Source of the DNA: an uncultured Alphaproteobacteria bacterium
GTDB taxonomy: Bacteria > Pseudomonadota > Alphaproteobacteria > Rs-D84
Assembly: GCA_944389645.1 (NCBI GenBank)
Contig: CALXMZ010000013.1
Coordinates: forward strand, 1 to 51,318
DNA: 51,318 nt
Direction: 5' to 3'
A model generated the notes under the pieces. The model was not told where the DNA came from, searched no databases, and saw nothing but the letters and a program-made list of their open reading frames with translations. A program made the translations under genes and the position numbers. This document shows positions 36,466 through 44,694 of this stretch, one piece after another; position 1 is the first letter of the stretch; each line of letters begins with the position of its first letter.

Positions 36466-37080
36466 CTATTTCCATATACGCAAAACGCCATCTTTATTAT
36501 AATACTTCCACCCCTTTTCAGCGACGGCAATAGTAAAAGCGTTACGATTAGAAACGGGTATTTCCACTGTTATTTGATTACCATTAATATATTTTGTTAA
36601 CATTTCTATATTATCTTCTCTTGCAATTTTATTAATCTCTATCCAATCAGCAAGCTTATCTTTCATAATAACTTGGACAAGGAATACATCAAATTCTGTT
36701 TCATCTGGTAACCAATTTTGAATATTATTATCAGTTAACCATTTTTTTGCATTTTTTCTATCTATTTCCATAGAAATGTTTGCTGAATATGCAGAGGAAG
36801 ACAACTTTTCACCTTCTATCATAGATGAAGCAACTAAATTTGTTAAATCATCAACGTTAGCATTTTTTAACGTTTCATTTAATTGCTCTGGATCAGCATA
36901 TTGAGACAAAACATCTTTAATTACTTGTTTCCTAGCCTCATCAAAAGCGATATTTTTCGCATTAGCTGCCGTATCACTTGTAATATTTACATAAGCACTA
37001 CTAGACAAGTTTGCGGCATAAGCGCTTTGAAACAGCCCCACGCATAAAAAAGCGAATAAAAAGTGTTTTATTGTTAACAT
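36466..37080 (-). CDS. secreted hypothetical protein, DUF2066-like (tentative)
   Basis: The signal peptide ends ..FQSAYA. ..NITSDTAANAKNIAFDEARKQVIKDVLSQY....YSANISMEIDRKNAKKWL resembles the DUF2066 pattern. The gene starts 4 nt after the stop of the upstream barrel gene. Confidence 0.6.
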   Translation of the reverse strand: MLTIKHFLFAFLCVGLFQSAYAANLSSSAYVNITSDTAANAKNIAFDEARKQVIKDVLSQYADPEQLNETLKNANVDDLTNLVASSMIEGEKLSSSAYSANISMEIDRKNAKKWLTDNNIQNWLPDETEFDVFLVQVIMKDKLADWIEINKIAREDNIEMLTKYINGNQITVEIPVSNRNAFTIAVAEKGWKYYNKDGVLRIWK

Positions 37081-37083
37081 TTC

Positions 37084-38559
37084 TTAGAATAAAGCATTAA
37101 TACCCACACGAATACCCATAGATTTATAAAAAGATTCTATTTCTCCTTTAGCCGAACAAACCCACCCAGGACACTCTTTTTCTAAATTCTTAATATTTAT
37201 TGCAACAGCGCTACCAGTTTCAGGGTCTAACATAGCATCTTCATCGGCATAAGAACCAGAATTTAATATAGCATTATATAAATCCGTATAATAAGCTTCA
37301 TTTAAGTACGTTTTTGCATCAGCGTCACTTACAGAATAATAATCGTAAGTTAAACCTATTGACAAAGCTACAGAATCCGTTATTGCTGTAGTCCAGTTTG
37401 CTCCCAAACCAAAATGGAAAGCAGAACCGATACCAGCTTCATCTTCTATACTTTTCGGATGTTGCCAATCAAAACGATACGGTTGATCACCTGTTGCAGA
37501 ATAGCTAGGTAACCCAAGTTCAATACGTCCATTTACCGCATTATTTTGATTAATTATATAATCCATATCCATAGCAAAATAAGGTCCGGCCCAAGCAACA
37601 TCATAAGAATGGCTAACGCCTGGTTGCTGATAATAATATGTACCACCAGTACTTATATACGAAGCCCCAGAAGCTATGGTCATCTCATTATTTATATCAT
37701 CACGCCATATAATTTGTTGCGTACCGTTACCATAATCCACCACGATGGCTGGATCACATTGAATTTCGCCATTTACTTCAAAACACGCAGCTGTATCAAC
37801 CGATAAACCATAATTTTTTTCTGTCTCTAGTTTATATTTCAAATAGCGGTAACCGATAGACGGAGTCATTTTTACTTTACCTACAGTAAAGAAATCTTCT
37901 AATCCAAAACCGACGTTAAAGTTCATCATACTACCACCTTGGCTAGTACCGATAGACAAAGCATGACCGATCTCATCACCTATTACGCTATTATCTTCAG
38001 CATCCACCCATTGAGTAATAAAATAACCACCATTTGAAACGTCATCATCGACCATTGTGTTTTCACCAGCTTGCATACCATATTTAAAACCAGCATCTAT
38101 TTGCATTTTTGTTTTACCAATCTCAAAAGCATATCCCCCGTTAATATCTAAAACGTTCCAAGCAACATTATCATAATGTAATACGCTTCCAGACTCTTTC
38201 ATTTCAAATTGCCACATAGCAGATTCTCTTGACAATCCAGCATTTAACCAGAAACCGCTATCACTTGTTTTACCTGACGAATTAGAGTCAGACTTTTTAG
38301 ATGAACTGCTTTGATTCTGCTGATTTGATGTATTATTTTGGTTATTATACTGATTATACCTTGTACTAGAATAAGAAGGTGTCGTATAACTTCTACTAGA
38401 AGAATAATTTGTCGTCTGACGTTGAGCATACGTCTGATTGGAATAATTCTGCTGTGGCGACTGATAATACCCGGTATAATAAGTTCCAGCAGCGTTTGCA
38501 ACTACAGGTAAAAAAGCCAACACAGAAACGTTAAATAAAAAAGATGATAAATATTTCAT
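37084..38559 (-). CDS. outer-membrane beta-barrel protein, omptin-like (tentative), with Q/N/S/Y-rich N-terminal extension
   Basis: A signal peptide is followed by ~75 aa of low complexity (..YYQSPQQNYSNQTYAQRQTTNYSSSRSY..NQQNQSSSS..). The barrel then has NTMVDDDV (OmpT has NMVDQDW), GYRYLKYKLETEKNYG, SYDVAWAGPYFAMDMDY (OmpT has RFKMPYIGLTGSYRY) and a C-terminal ..GINALF. Confidence 0.7.
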   Translation of the reverse strand: MKYLSSFLFNVSVLAFLPVVANAAGTYYTGYYQSPQQNYSNQTYAQRQTTNYSSSRSYTTPSYSSTRYNQYNNQNNTSNQQNQSSSSKKSDSNSSGKTSDSGFWLNAGLSRESAMWQFEMKESGSVLHYDNVAWNVLDINGGYAFEIGKTKMQIDAGFKYGMQAGENTMVDDDVSNGGYFITQWVDAEDNSVIGDEIGHALSIGTSQGGSMMNFNVGFGLEDFFTVGKVKMTPSIGYRYLKYKLETEKNYGLSVDTAACFEVNGEIQCDPAIVVDYGNGTQQIIWRDDINNEMTIASGASYISTGGTYYYQQPGVSHSYDVAWAGPYFAMDMDYIINQNNAVNGRIELGLPSYSATGDQPYRFDWQHPKSIEDEAGIGSAFHFGLGANWTTAITDSVALSIGLTYDYYSVSDADAKTYLNEAYYTDLYNAILNSGSYADEDAMLDPETGSAVAINIKNLEKECPGWVCSAKGEIESFYKSMGIRVGINALF

Positions 38560-38661
38560 TTTATTCCCTTCTTATTAAATTTATACTTATTAAGTTATTT
38601 TATCACAAAATTGTTGAAAAAAAAACTCTTCTTTGTAATATTAGCAAAACAAAATCAGTTT

Positions 38662-38746
38662 GCGGATATGGCGAAATTGGTAAACGCACAGCACTAAGGA
38701 TGCTGTGGAGAAATCCTTGGGGGTTCAAGTCCCCCTATCCGCACCA
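38662..38746 (+). tRNA. tRNA-Leu (class II, long variable arm); anticodon reads AAG; CCA encoded
   Basis: The sequence is GCGGATATGGCGAAATTGGTAAACGCACAGCACTAAGGATGCTGTGGAGAAATCCTTGGGGGTTCAAGTCCCCCTATCCGCACCA. The anticodon stem is CAGCA/TGCTG and the loop is C-T-A-A-G-G-A. Confidence 0.9.
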
Positions 38747-38808
38747 AAAAATTATTTTTTCTTCTTGCTCGTCATTTTATAAAAATGCTAACATTCTTTA
38801 ATATAAGG

Positions 38809-41800
38809 ATGAAAGGAATAAAATTATTTTTTTCTGTATGTCTTGTATTACTAAGTTTTTGCGTAGCAAAAGCCGAAGAAACAAGTGATACAGCGCGTGC
38901 CGCTACTAGGCGAAGCTCTACTACAACCGTTACATCATCAAACCGTCAGAAAAGTGCACAAGCCCAGAACAATTATACAAACAATACCGCAACGGTATCA
39001 CGAACGACGAATAACGTATTAAAATCGCAACCACAAGTAAGCGAACGTTCAATCAGCTCGCGCTCTGGTTCAGTTGTAACAGATAACGGTTCTAGAAACG
39101 CTAATGTAACCAGCGATCAGAGCGTATCGGCAAGAACAACATCTAACGTTCAAACAAGAACGATAACCTCAACTGCAAACGACGCATCGATTCGTAATAA
39201 TAAAAGTTCTGCTCGCAGTGCCCAATCTATATCCAGGGCAACCCAAAATTCTTTAACGCAACAACCGTCGACTTATAGGGATACAAAAACAATATCCAGA
39301 AGTTCTATTATACCGACGGGCGTAGGAAACATTAATACTAAAAGCCAATCACAAACATCCGCATCTCGTCGTAATACGGTAACGGGGTCTAATAGATTAT
39401 CACGCAGTGCGATTACGGCAGAAGAAATAATGAACCGAGACTATACAAAATGTCGCGAAGTATATTACGAATGTATGGACGAATTTTGCGCGAACAAAGA
39501 TTCTCAATTAAGGCGGTGTGCCTGTTCATCTAGGACGAAAGAATTTGATAGCATAAAGAAACAGCTAAACGAAGCGGAAGACAAGCTATTAAATTTCAAC
39601 CAACGTTTATTAACCGTTAACATGGATAAAGAAGATGCAGAAGCATTATTTGAAGCGACAGAAGGAGAACTTGCGTTTCAACAAGAAGATAAAACCGATT
39701 CAAAGAAAATGCTTGATGAAATTACAGAGAAGTTAAACACGACATTCAGTGATAATAATTTTAATACAAATTTATCTCCTATATCGTTATCTTTAAATGT
39801 GGATGCAGCATTTGATAATATAGATTCACTAATGGGTTCATCTACTACGACAAAATCTGGGACAGAATTATATAGTGCGGCTTTGCCTATCTGTCGCGAA
39901 ATCGCGTTAGAGATATGTAGTCAAGACGAACTAGATATTGTAGAAAGCGGTTACCAGATGGCGATTGAACAGGACTGCAATACAGTTGCAAAAACTTATG
40001 AATCTCAGCAAGACCAAACACTAGAAAAGATTCGTGAAGGTAGTGCTTTATTAGATATGTCTAGGCTTGATATATATCAGGAACGCAATTCTGACGACAT
40101 CTTAACTTGTAAGAAAAAGATGTTAGATATGTTAACCGATTCTACGGTATGTGGGGATAATCTTGGGAAATGTCTTGATATAACGGGTCAATACATAGAT
40201 CCGTCCACTGGTGAAGCAATTTTAACGACGAACTTAGCCAACTTAAACAATCTTATTTCACGTCCAGAAGGTGATCAGAAATGGACGAATGTTCCTGGTA
40301 ACGAAAAATTTGTTTCATATTTAAACTCCAAGAAGAAATATTTAGAACCAGCGATGGAAAACTGTCAGGATATATCTGATTACGTATGGGATACGTTTAT
40401 CGAAGATGCCTTAGCTCAAATAAAACTTGCCCAAGAAAGCAAACTTGAAGACATTAGGCAAAGTTGTACGACGTTAACTACGCAATGTTTAAACGATTCT
40501 GCAGACTCGCTAGAAGATTTTGATGCACGTTCCTTATCAATATTTGGTGTAATTGCCGACAAAACTGTAAAAGAAATGTGTTCAGAGGTACAGAATGCAT
40601 GTACGGCATTATTGGAAGAAACTACTGGTGGTACGGAATGGACAGAAGGCATCACAGAAATTGCTACCAGCAAGACCTATGAAACGATACTTCAAACGTG
40701 TCGCGAAGTTGGTAGGTCTTGCATAATACAAGCATGTAAATCTGTATCTGGTAATTTTGCATTATGCGAAGACATTCAACTTTCTGTTAACCGCAAATCA
40801 ATCATTAATCGTACATCTTGCTGGGACGAGGTTGTAAACTGCGTCAAAGAAGCCGGTACAGAATCAATAAATAACATAATTACAAATCTTACAGACAAAG
40901 GCACTTTAAACCCGAACAGTAACGATCTATATTCGACGCTTTATGGCAAAGAAATACAACTAACAAATAATTCATCGGCTTGTTTAACAACAGACGACGC
41001 AAACTGTTTATATGACATATGCGCCCAAGAATGTGGTTTAGATACAGACGCATCATACACGAAAACGAATTCTATAGATTGCAAAATATGCAGACTTGCG
41101 GAAAGAGTATGGGGTAATTGCGAAAGCCACCCAGCAACGATAATGGGTAAAACGATTACTCACAACCAGATAAAAATGCCGATATCTTCTGGTACAACAG
41201 AAACAGACACATTATTATCATGGTTTGCAAAAAACACTGGTACAGAAAATGAGGCAGATAGTTGTCGTGATACGTCATGCGGACCAGGCCAAGTTGCACA
41301 ATATGATAAAGATCAAGGTACAACAATATGTTTACCAGCAAATATGTTTACAGATGATGACGTATATTGTCCAATAGGATATGCACAAATAGAAATCTTT
41401 AAAGATCCAAAAACTACTAATTGTTGCAAGTTATATGACGGAACAGACGACATACAAGGTAAGACAGATACACTTGGTCATTGTTGTTTTTTATCAAATT
41501 TGTCTAATCACAAACTTTATTGGGGATCGGACACATCAGAAGATTATTACGTAGATCCAACTAGCACAACAGAAGTAGGAAATACCAACGTCAACTTGTG
41601 TCTACCAGAAAATGCGAAATTTGTTGTAGCGACAAATAATCAATATATATTCTGTGTCGGTGAAATAAAGACGAACGAAGCCGATCAGAACGTGTCAGCC
41701 GACTTTCCAAACGGGAAAACTATCGAATGTAACGGTCAATACATAATAGTAAACAAAAGCAATAAAATTTATGAAATTCCTAACTATAATGAAGGCGCAA

Positions 41801-41937
41801 CAAAACCAGAATTTCCAAAAAATTATTATAACATTGGTGAAAATACCATTTGTGAGTATGACGAACAAAACAAATCGTGGACAGGTCCAGGATGTAGAGA
41901 ATGGGATCTAACAAACTGGTTAATAAGATACAAATAA
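38809..41937 (+). CDS. giant secreted Cys-rich protein (about 1040 aa), large paralogue of the 3759-4757 protein
   Basis: The signal peptide is MKGIKLFFSVCLVLLSFCVAKA. About 200 aa of S/T/N/R-rich linker follows, then TKCREVYYECMDEFCANKDSQLRRCACS and ~800 aa with many Cys, including SCGPG and CPIGY. The track start at 38785 is an alternative. Confidence 0.85.
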   Translation: MKGIKLFFSVCLVLLSFCVAKAEETSDTARAATRRSSTTTVTSSNRQKSAQAQNNYTNNTATVSRTTNNVLKSQPQVSERSISSRSGSVVTDNGSRNANVTSDQSVSARTTSNVQTRTITSTANDASIRNNKSSARSAQSISRATQNSLTQQPSTYRDTKTISRSSIIPTGVGNINTKSQSQTSASRRNTVTGSNRLSRSAITAEEIMNRDYTKCREVYYECMDEFCANKDSQLRRCACSSRTKEFDSIKKQLNEAEDKLLNFNQRLLTVNMDKEDAEALFEATEGELAFQQEDKTDSKKMLDEITEKLNTTFSDNNFNTNLSPISLSLNVDAAFDNIDSLMGSSTTTKSGTELYSAALPICREIALEICSQDELDIVESGYQMAIEQDCNTVAKTYESQQDQTLEKIREGSALLDMSRLDIYQERNSDDILTCKKKMLDMLTDSTVCGDNLGKCLDITGQYIDPSTGEAILTTNLANLNNLISRPEGDQKWTNVPGNEKFVSYLNSKKKYLEPAMENCQDISDYVWDTFIEDALAQIKLAQESKLEDIRQSCTTLTTQCLNDSADSLEDFDARSLSIFGVIADKTVKEMCSEVQNACTALLEETTGGTEWTEGITEIATSKTYETILQTCREVGRSCIIQACKSVSGNFALCEDIQLSVNRKSIINRTSCWDEVVNCVKEAGTESINNIITNLTDKGTLNPNSNDLYSTLYGKEIQLTNNSSACLTTDDANCLYDICAQECGLDTDASYTKTNSIDCKICRLAERVWGNCESHPATIMGKTITHNQIKMPISSGTTETDTLLSWFAKNTGTENEADSCRDTSCGPGQVAQYDKDQGTTICLPANMFTDDDVYCPIGYAQIEIFKDPKTTNCCKLYDGTDDIQGKTDTLGHCCFLSNLSNHKLYWGSDTSEDYYVDPTSTTEVGNTNVNLCLPENAKFVVATNNQYIFCVGEIKTNEADQNVSADFPNGKTIECNGQYIIVNKSNKIYEIPNYNEGATKPEFPKNYYNIGENTICEYDEQNKSWTGPGCREWDLTNWLIRYK

Positions 41938-41955
41938 TCAAGCGACAAAAAAAGG

Positions 41956-41984
41956 TTGACAAAAAGTCTTTTTTATACTATATT
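41956..41984 (+). promoter_or_regulatory. putative promoter of the 42048 lipoprotein gene
   Basis: The sequence reads TTGACA (41956-41961), a 17-nt spacer, then TATATT. Confidence 0.35.
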
Positions 41985-42047
41985 ATTTATATAATTAATA
42001 AATAATTATAAATAAACAATGTAATACACCCTAAAAAGGAGCATATA

Positions 42048-42530
42048 ATGAAAATAAAAAAAATTTTACCATATAATATAAAAAATAAGGTAAAAAATAT
42101 AATTCCTGCATTATGTGTTGCTGGTTCTGCAATGTTACCAGCATGTGATAAAGATAATTCAATGGAAAATCCACCTGTTTTAAGTGATGTAGTAGAACTA
42201 ACTATATCATATAATAATCTTGAAAATGTAGCAATAGAAGATCCTATATATAATATATATTATATAAGTCCAATATTAAAAGAAACAGTCGCAAGAAAAG
42301 AAATAAATATCGTATACATTGTGCCAGATAAATCTTGGATTAAAGTGTTACTTCCCCAATATTTAGGTGTACTTCGTTCACAAGTTCTTGAACCAGCACT
42401 TGAATATTCACACAAAGTTCGTGCAAAAGGTGATTTTAATTTTTATCCAGGGGTGGGATATACAAATAAAAAAGATAGTTTATGGTTTGTTCAACAGGGG
42501 TGGACCATAAATAAAGCATTACAAAAATAA
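42048..42530 (+). CDS. hypothetical lipoprotein (160 aa)
   Basis: An AAAGGAG SD is present and the lipobox-like sequence is ..AMLPAC. I recognise no family. Confidence 0.7.
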   Translation: MKIKKILPYNIKNKVKNIIPALCVAGSAMLPACDKDNSMENPPVLSDVVELTISYNNLENVAIEDPIYNIYYISPILKETVARKEINIVYIVPDKSWIKVLLPQYLGVLRSQVLEPALEYSHKVRAKGDFNFYPGVGYTNKKDSLWFVQQGWTINKALQK

Positions 42531-42556
42531 AAAAAACCGGTCATGCCGGTTTTTAT
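42530..42556 (+). terminator. intrinsic terminator
   Basis: The hairpin aaaaaaccgg-tcatg-ccggttttt is followed by atttt. Confidence 0.65.
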
Positions 42557-42563
42557 TTTACTA

Positions 42564-42593
42564 TTGACAATTTAATTATCAAAATGTAAAAAT
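42564..42593 (+). promoter_or_regulatory. putative promoter of the 42619 gene
   Basis: TTGACA (42564-42569) is followed 16-17 nt later by a TG-extended A/T-rich -10 region (tgtaaaaat). Confidence 0.3.
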
Positions 42594-42618
42594 CTAACAA
42601 AAGAATGCAGGAAAAAAT

Positions 42619-44130
42619 ATGAAAACATTTAAACTATTTAATCTTTTATTATATGTTTTTTTTATTTATGAATTTACCACTACAAATCTTTATGCCAATG
42701 TGTTTGACGAAACACTTTGTTCAATGCATCTTTGTTCAAATTCAAGCCACCGAGACGGTTGTTATGAAACCCCTTATGATAAAGATCCAATAACGCATTA
42801 TTCTATATTATTACCAGCTGGATTTTATGGCAATGGCAACTATGTGAATAACTGTGGGAGTATAAATTCATTTTTACTCCCACATCAAGATAACAAACCT
42901 GAAGCAATCACAAGTACAGAGATTTCCGTAACAACAAGCTCAGAAACCTATACAACATACCGATGCTACTCCTATGAAGCCAAACATATAGAACAAATAT
43001 GTTATATACATTCAGGGGCTTTTGGCGATTGTCCATTTGAGATAAAATGTGAAGACAATTATTATTGGGTGCCAGGACCACAACATGTAGGTTCTGCATA
43101 TTCAGTAGGATCATGTCACCCATGTAAGTGGAACCAAAAAAATAACGGAAACGACAAAAAATATTATACAATGACAAACTATGGGAAATATAGACTTGCG
43201 GATGGCCAAGACAGCTCAAACTGCCAACTTGACTACAATCATGTAGCAAAAGAAGAAAGCTTCGATCGCGCCAAAATAGACAACGAAATTGGAACCCAAA
43301 TTACATGCTCCTATAAAGAAAACATAAAATTCAACGCGTATCTGAATTTATCATCCTCCCCGTGTGAATTTTACCCCATTGGTGAACTATCTATAGATCT
43401 AGATGATCAAGGAAAATTCAAAAGTAATAAGATTGAGATTCCCAAACAAATTGGAAATATATGGTACAAAAAATTTAAAGGTTTTTCTACTTTATGCAAT
43501 TCTGACTCTATAATACTTTTTGATTCAGACGGTGTACCTGCCCCTAATGAACAACTTGACTCTATTTTTGAAAAATCAGATAATCTAACTGATACAATCA
43601 ATATCTATGCAGTTTGGACAAATCATACATATTCTACATATACTTTAAAAGTTGATGGTGGTGAAAACAAAACAATACAAAAAGCAGGTTGTGAAATTGA
43701 TCCAAATAAACCATGCAAAATAGAAATAACTAACGTAATACAAGCAGGGAAAGAAATAAGTGAAGAAAACATAACAATTTCTATAAATGGTTCAAATTCA
43801 TCATCAGAAGTACCAGGATTAAAGATTCAAACAAATGATAATAAAACGACTCTATCTATCACACCAAATGAAGACTTATTTAAGAAATGTTTAGATTCCA
43901 AATGTACAGCAACTGTTACATTAGGCTACTCAGAATGTCCAAAAGGTTATTATTGCACGCAAGGTATAAAGCACCCCTGCCCAATCGGAACAACAACTAA
44001 CGAAACAGGCAAGTCAAGCATAACAGATTGTAAAATGATGACAGGAGAAAACGGAACAATTTTAAAAGATAATTATGGTAAATTTTATCTACCAGGAAAC
44101 GGTAGTTATATCGGTATCAAGCAAAATTAA
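42619..44130 (+). CDS. secreted Cys-rich protein with a Listeria-Bacteroides-type repeat and a C-terminal eukaryote-like Cys module
   Basis: The 503-aa protein has a signal peptide. ..KGFSTLCNSDSIILFDSDG...DTINIYAVWT resembles the Flg_new/InlB B-repeat. The C-terminal ECPKGYYCTQGIKHPCPIGTTTNETGKSSITDCK resembles the ephrin-receptor-like (GCC2_GCC3) pattern C.CP.G.Y....CP.GT...G.S....C. Confidence 0.8.
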   Translation: MKTFKLFNLLLYVFFIYEFTTTNLYANVFDETLCSMHLCSNSSHRDGCYETPYDKDPITHYSILLPAGFYGNGNYVNNCGSINSFLLPHQDNKPEAITSTEISVTTSSETYTTYRCYSYEAKHIEQICYIHSGAFGDCPFEIKCEDNYYWVPGPQHVGSAYSVGSCHPCKWNQKNNGNDKKYYTMTNYGKYRLADGQDSSNCQLDYNHVAKEESFDRAKIDNEIGTQITCSYKENIKFNAYLNLSSSPCEFYPIGELSIDLDDQGKFKSNKIEIPKQIGNIWYKKFKGFSTLCNSDSIILFDSDGVPAPNEQLDSIFEKSDNLTDTINIYAVWTNHTYSTYTLKVDGGENKTIQKAGCEIDPNKPCKIEITNVIQAGKEISEENITISINGSNSSSEVPGLKIQTNDNKTTLSITPNEDLFKKCLDSKCTATVTLGYSECPKGYYCTQGIKHPCPIGTTTNETGKSSITDCKMMTGENGTILKDNYGKFYLPGNGSYIGIKQN

Positions 44131-44647
44131 AAATTTTTGTATTTACCATTAATTTCTTTAGTTCAGATAACTCGTTATCAGAAAATTTACCCAAGACCCA
44201 ATCTGACGGATCCATCTTTAAATCAAAATCACGTGGATGACCAATACCTATTCTTATCCGATTATATTCACGTCCAATCGCGTTATCTATTGACTTTATA
44301 CCATTATGCCCTGCACTACTACCACCCGTCTTTGCACGAATGATCCCCAGTTTTAAATCCATATCGTCTTGTATTACAAAAATATTTTCTAATGGTATCT
44401 TATAAAAAGAAACCAAGGCACCAACCGCTTCCCCGCTATTATTCATAAATGTCTGCGGTTTTACAAAAATTACTTTATGACCGTTAATCTGACCGACATA
44501 CGTCAACGCCTGCTTTTCTTTCTTCCATACCGCATCAGAACCCGCTAAGTAATCAACAAATATAAAACCAACGTTATGACGCGTAAACGCGTACTCTTTC
44601 CCCGGATTACCAAGACCTACTAGTAAAAATGGTTTATTTTCTTGCAT
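44117..44647 (-). CDS. pth: peptidyl-tRNA hydrolase
   Basis: The protein reads ..FLLVGLGNPGKEYAFTRHNVGF..GHNG.KS.. Its 3' end overlaps the convergent 42619-44130 gene by 14 nt. Confidence 0.93.
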   Translation of the reverse strand: MQENKPFLLVGLGNPGKEYAFTRHNVGFIFVDYLAGSDAVWKKEKQALTYVGQINGHKVIFVKPQTFMNNSGEAVGALVSFYKIPLENIFVIQDDMDLKLGIIRAKTGGSSAGHNGIKSIDNAIGREYNRIRIGIGHPRDFDLKMDPSDWVLGKFSDNELSELKKLMVNTKIFNFA

Positions 44648-44694
44648 ATGTGCCTCTGCTTTTTTTATTATATTATCACATAAAGGAGAAAAAT

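Noticed and set aside
38544-38801. An 85-aa plus-strand ORF.
   Set aside because: It reads straight through tRNA-Leu (38662-38746), so it is an artefact.
44629-44694. A 22-codon extension of the small OMP gene that overlaps the pth start.
   Set aside because: A perfect AAAGGAG SD precedes the internal ATG at 44695, where a canonical signal peptide begins.
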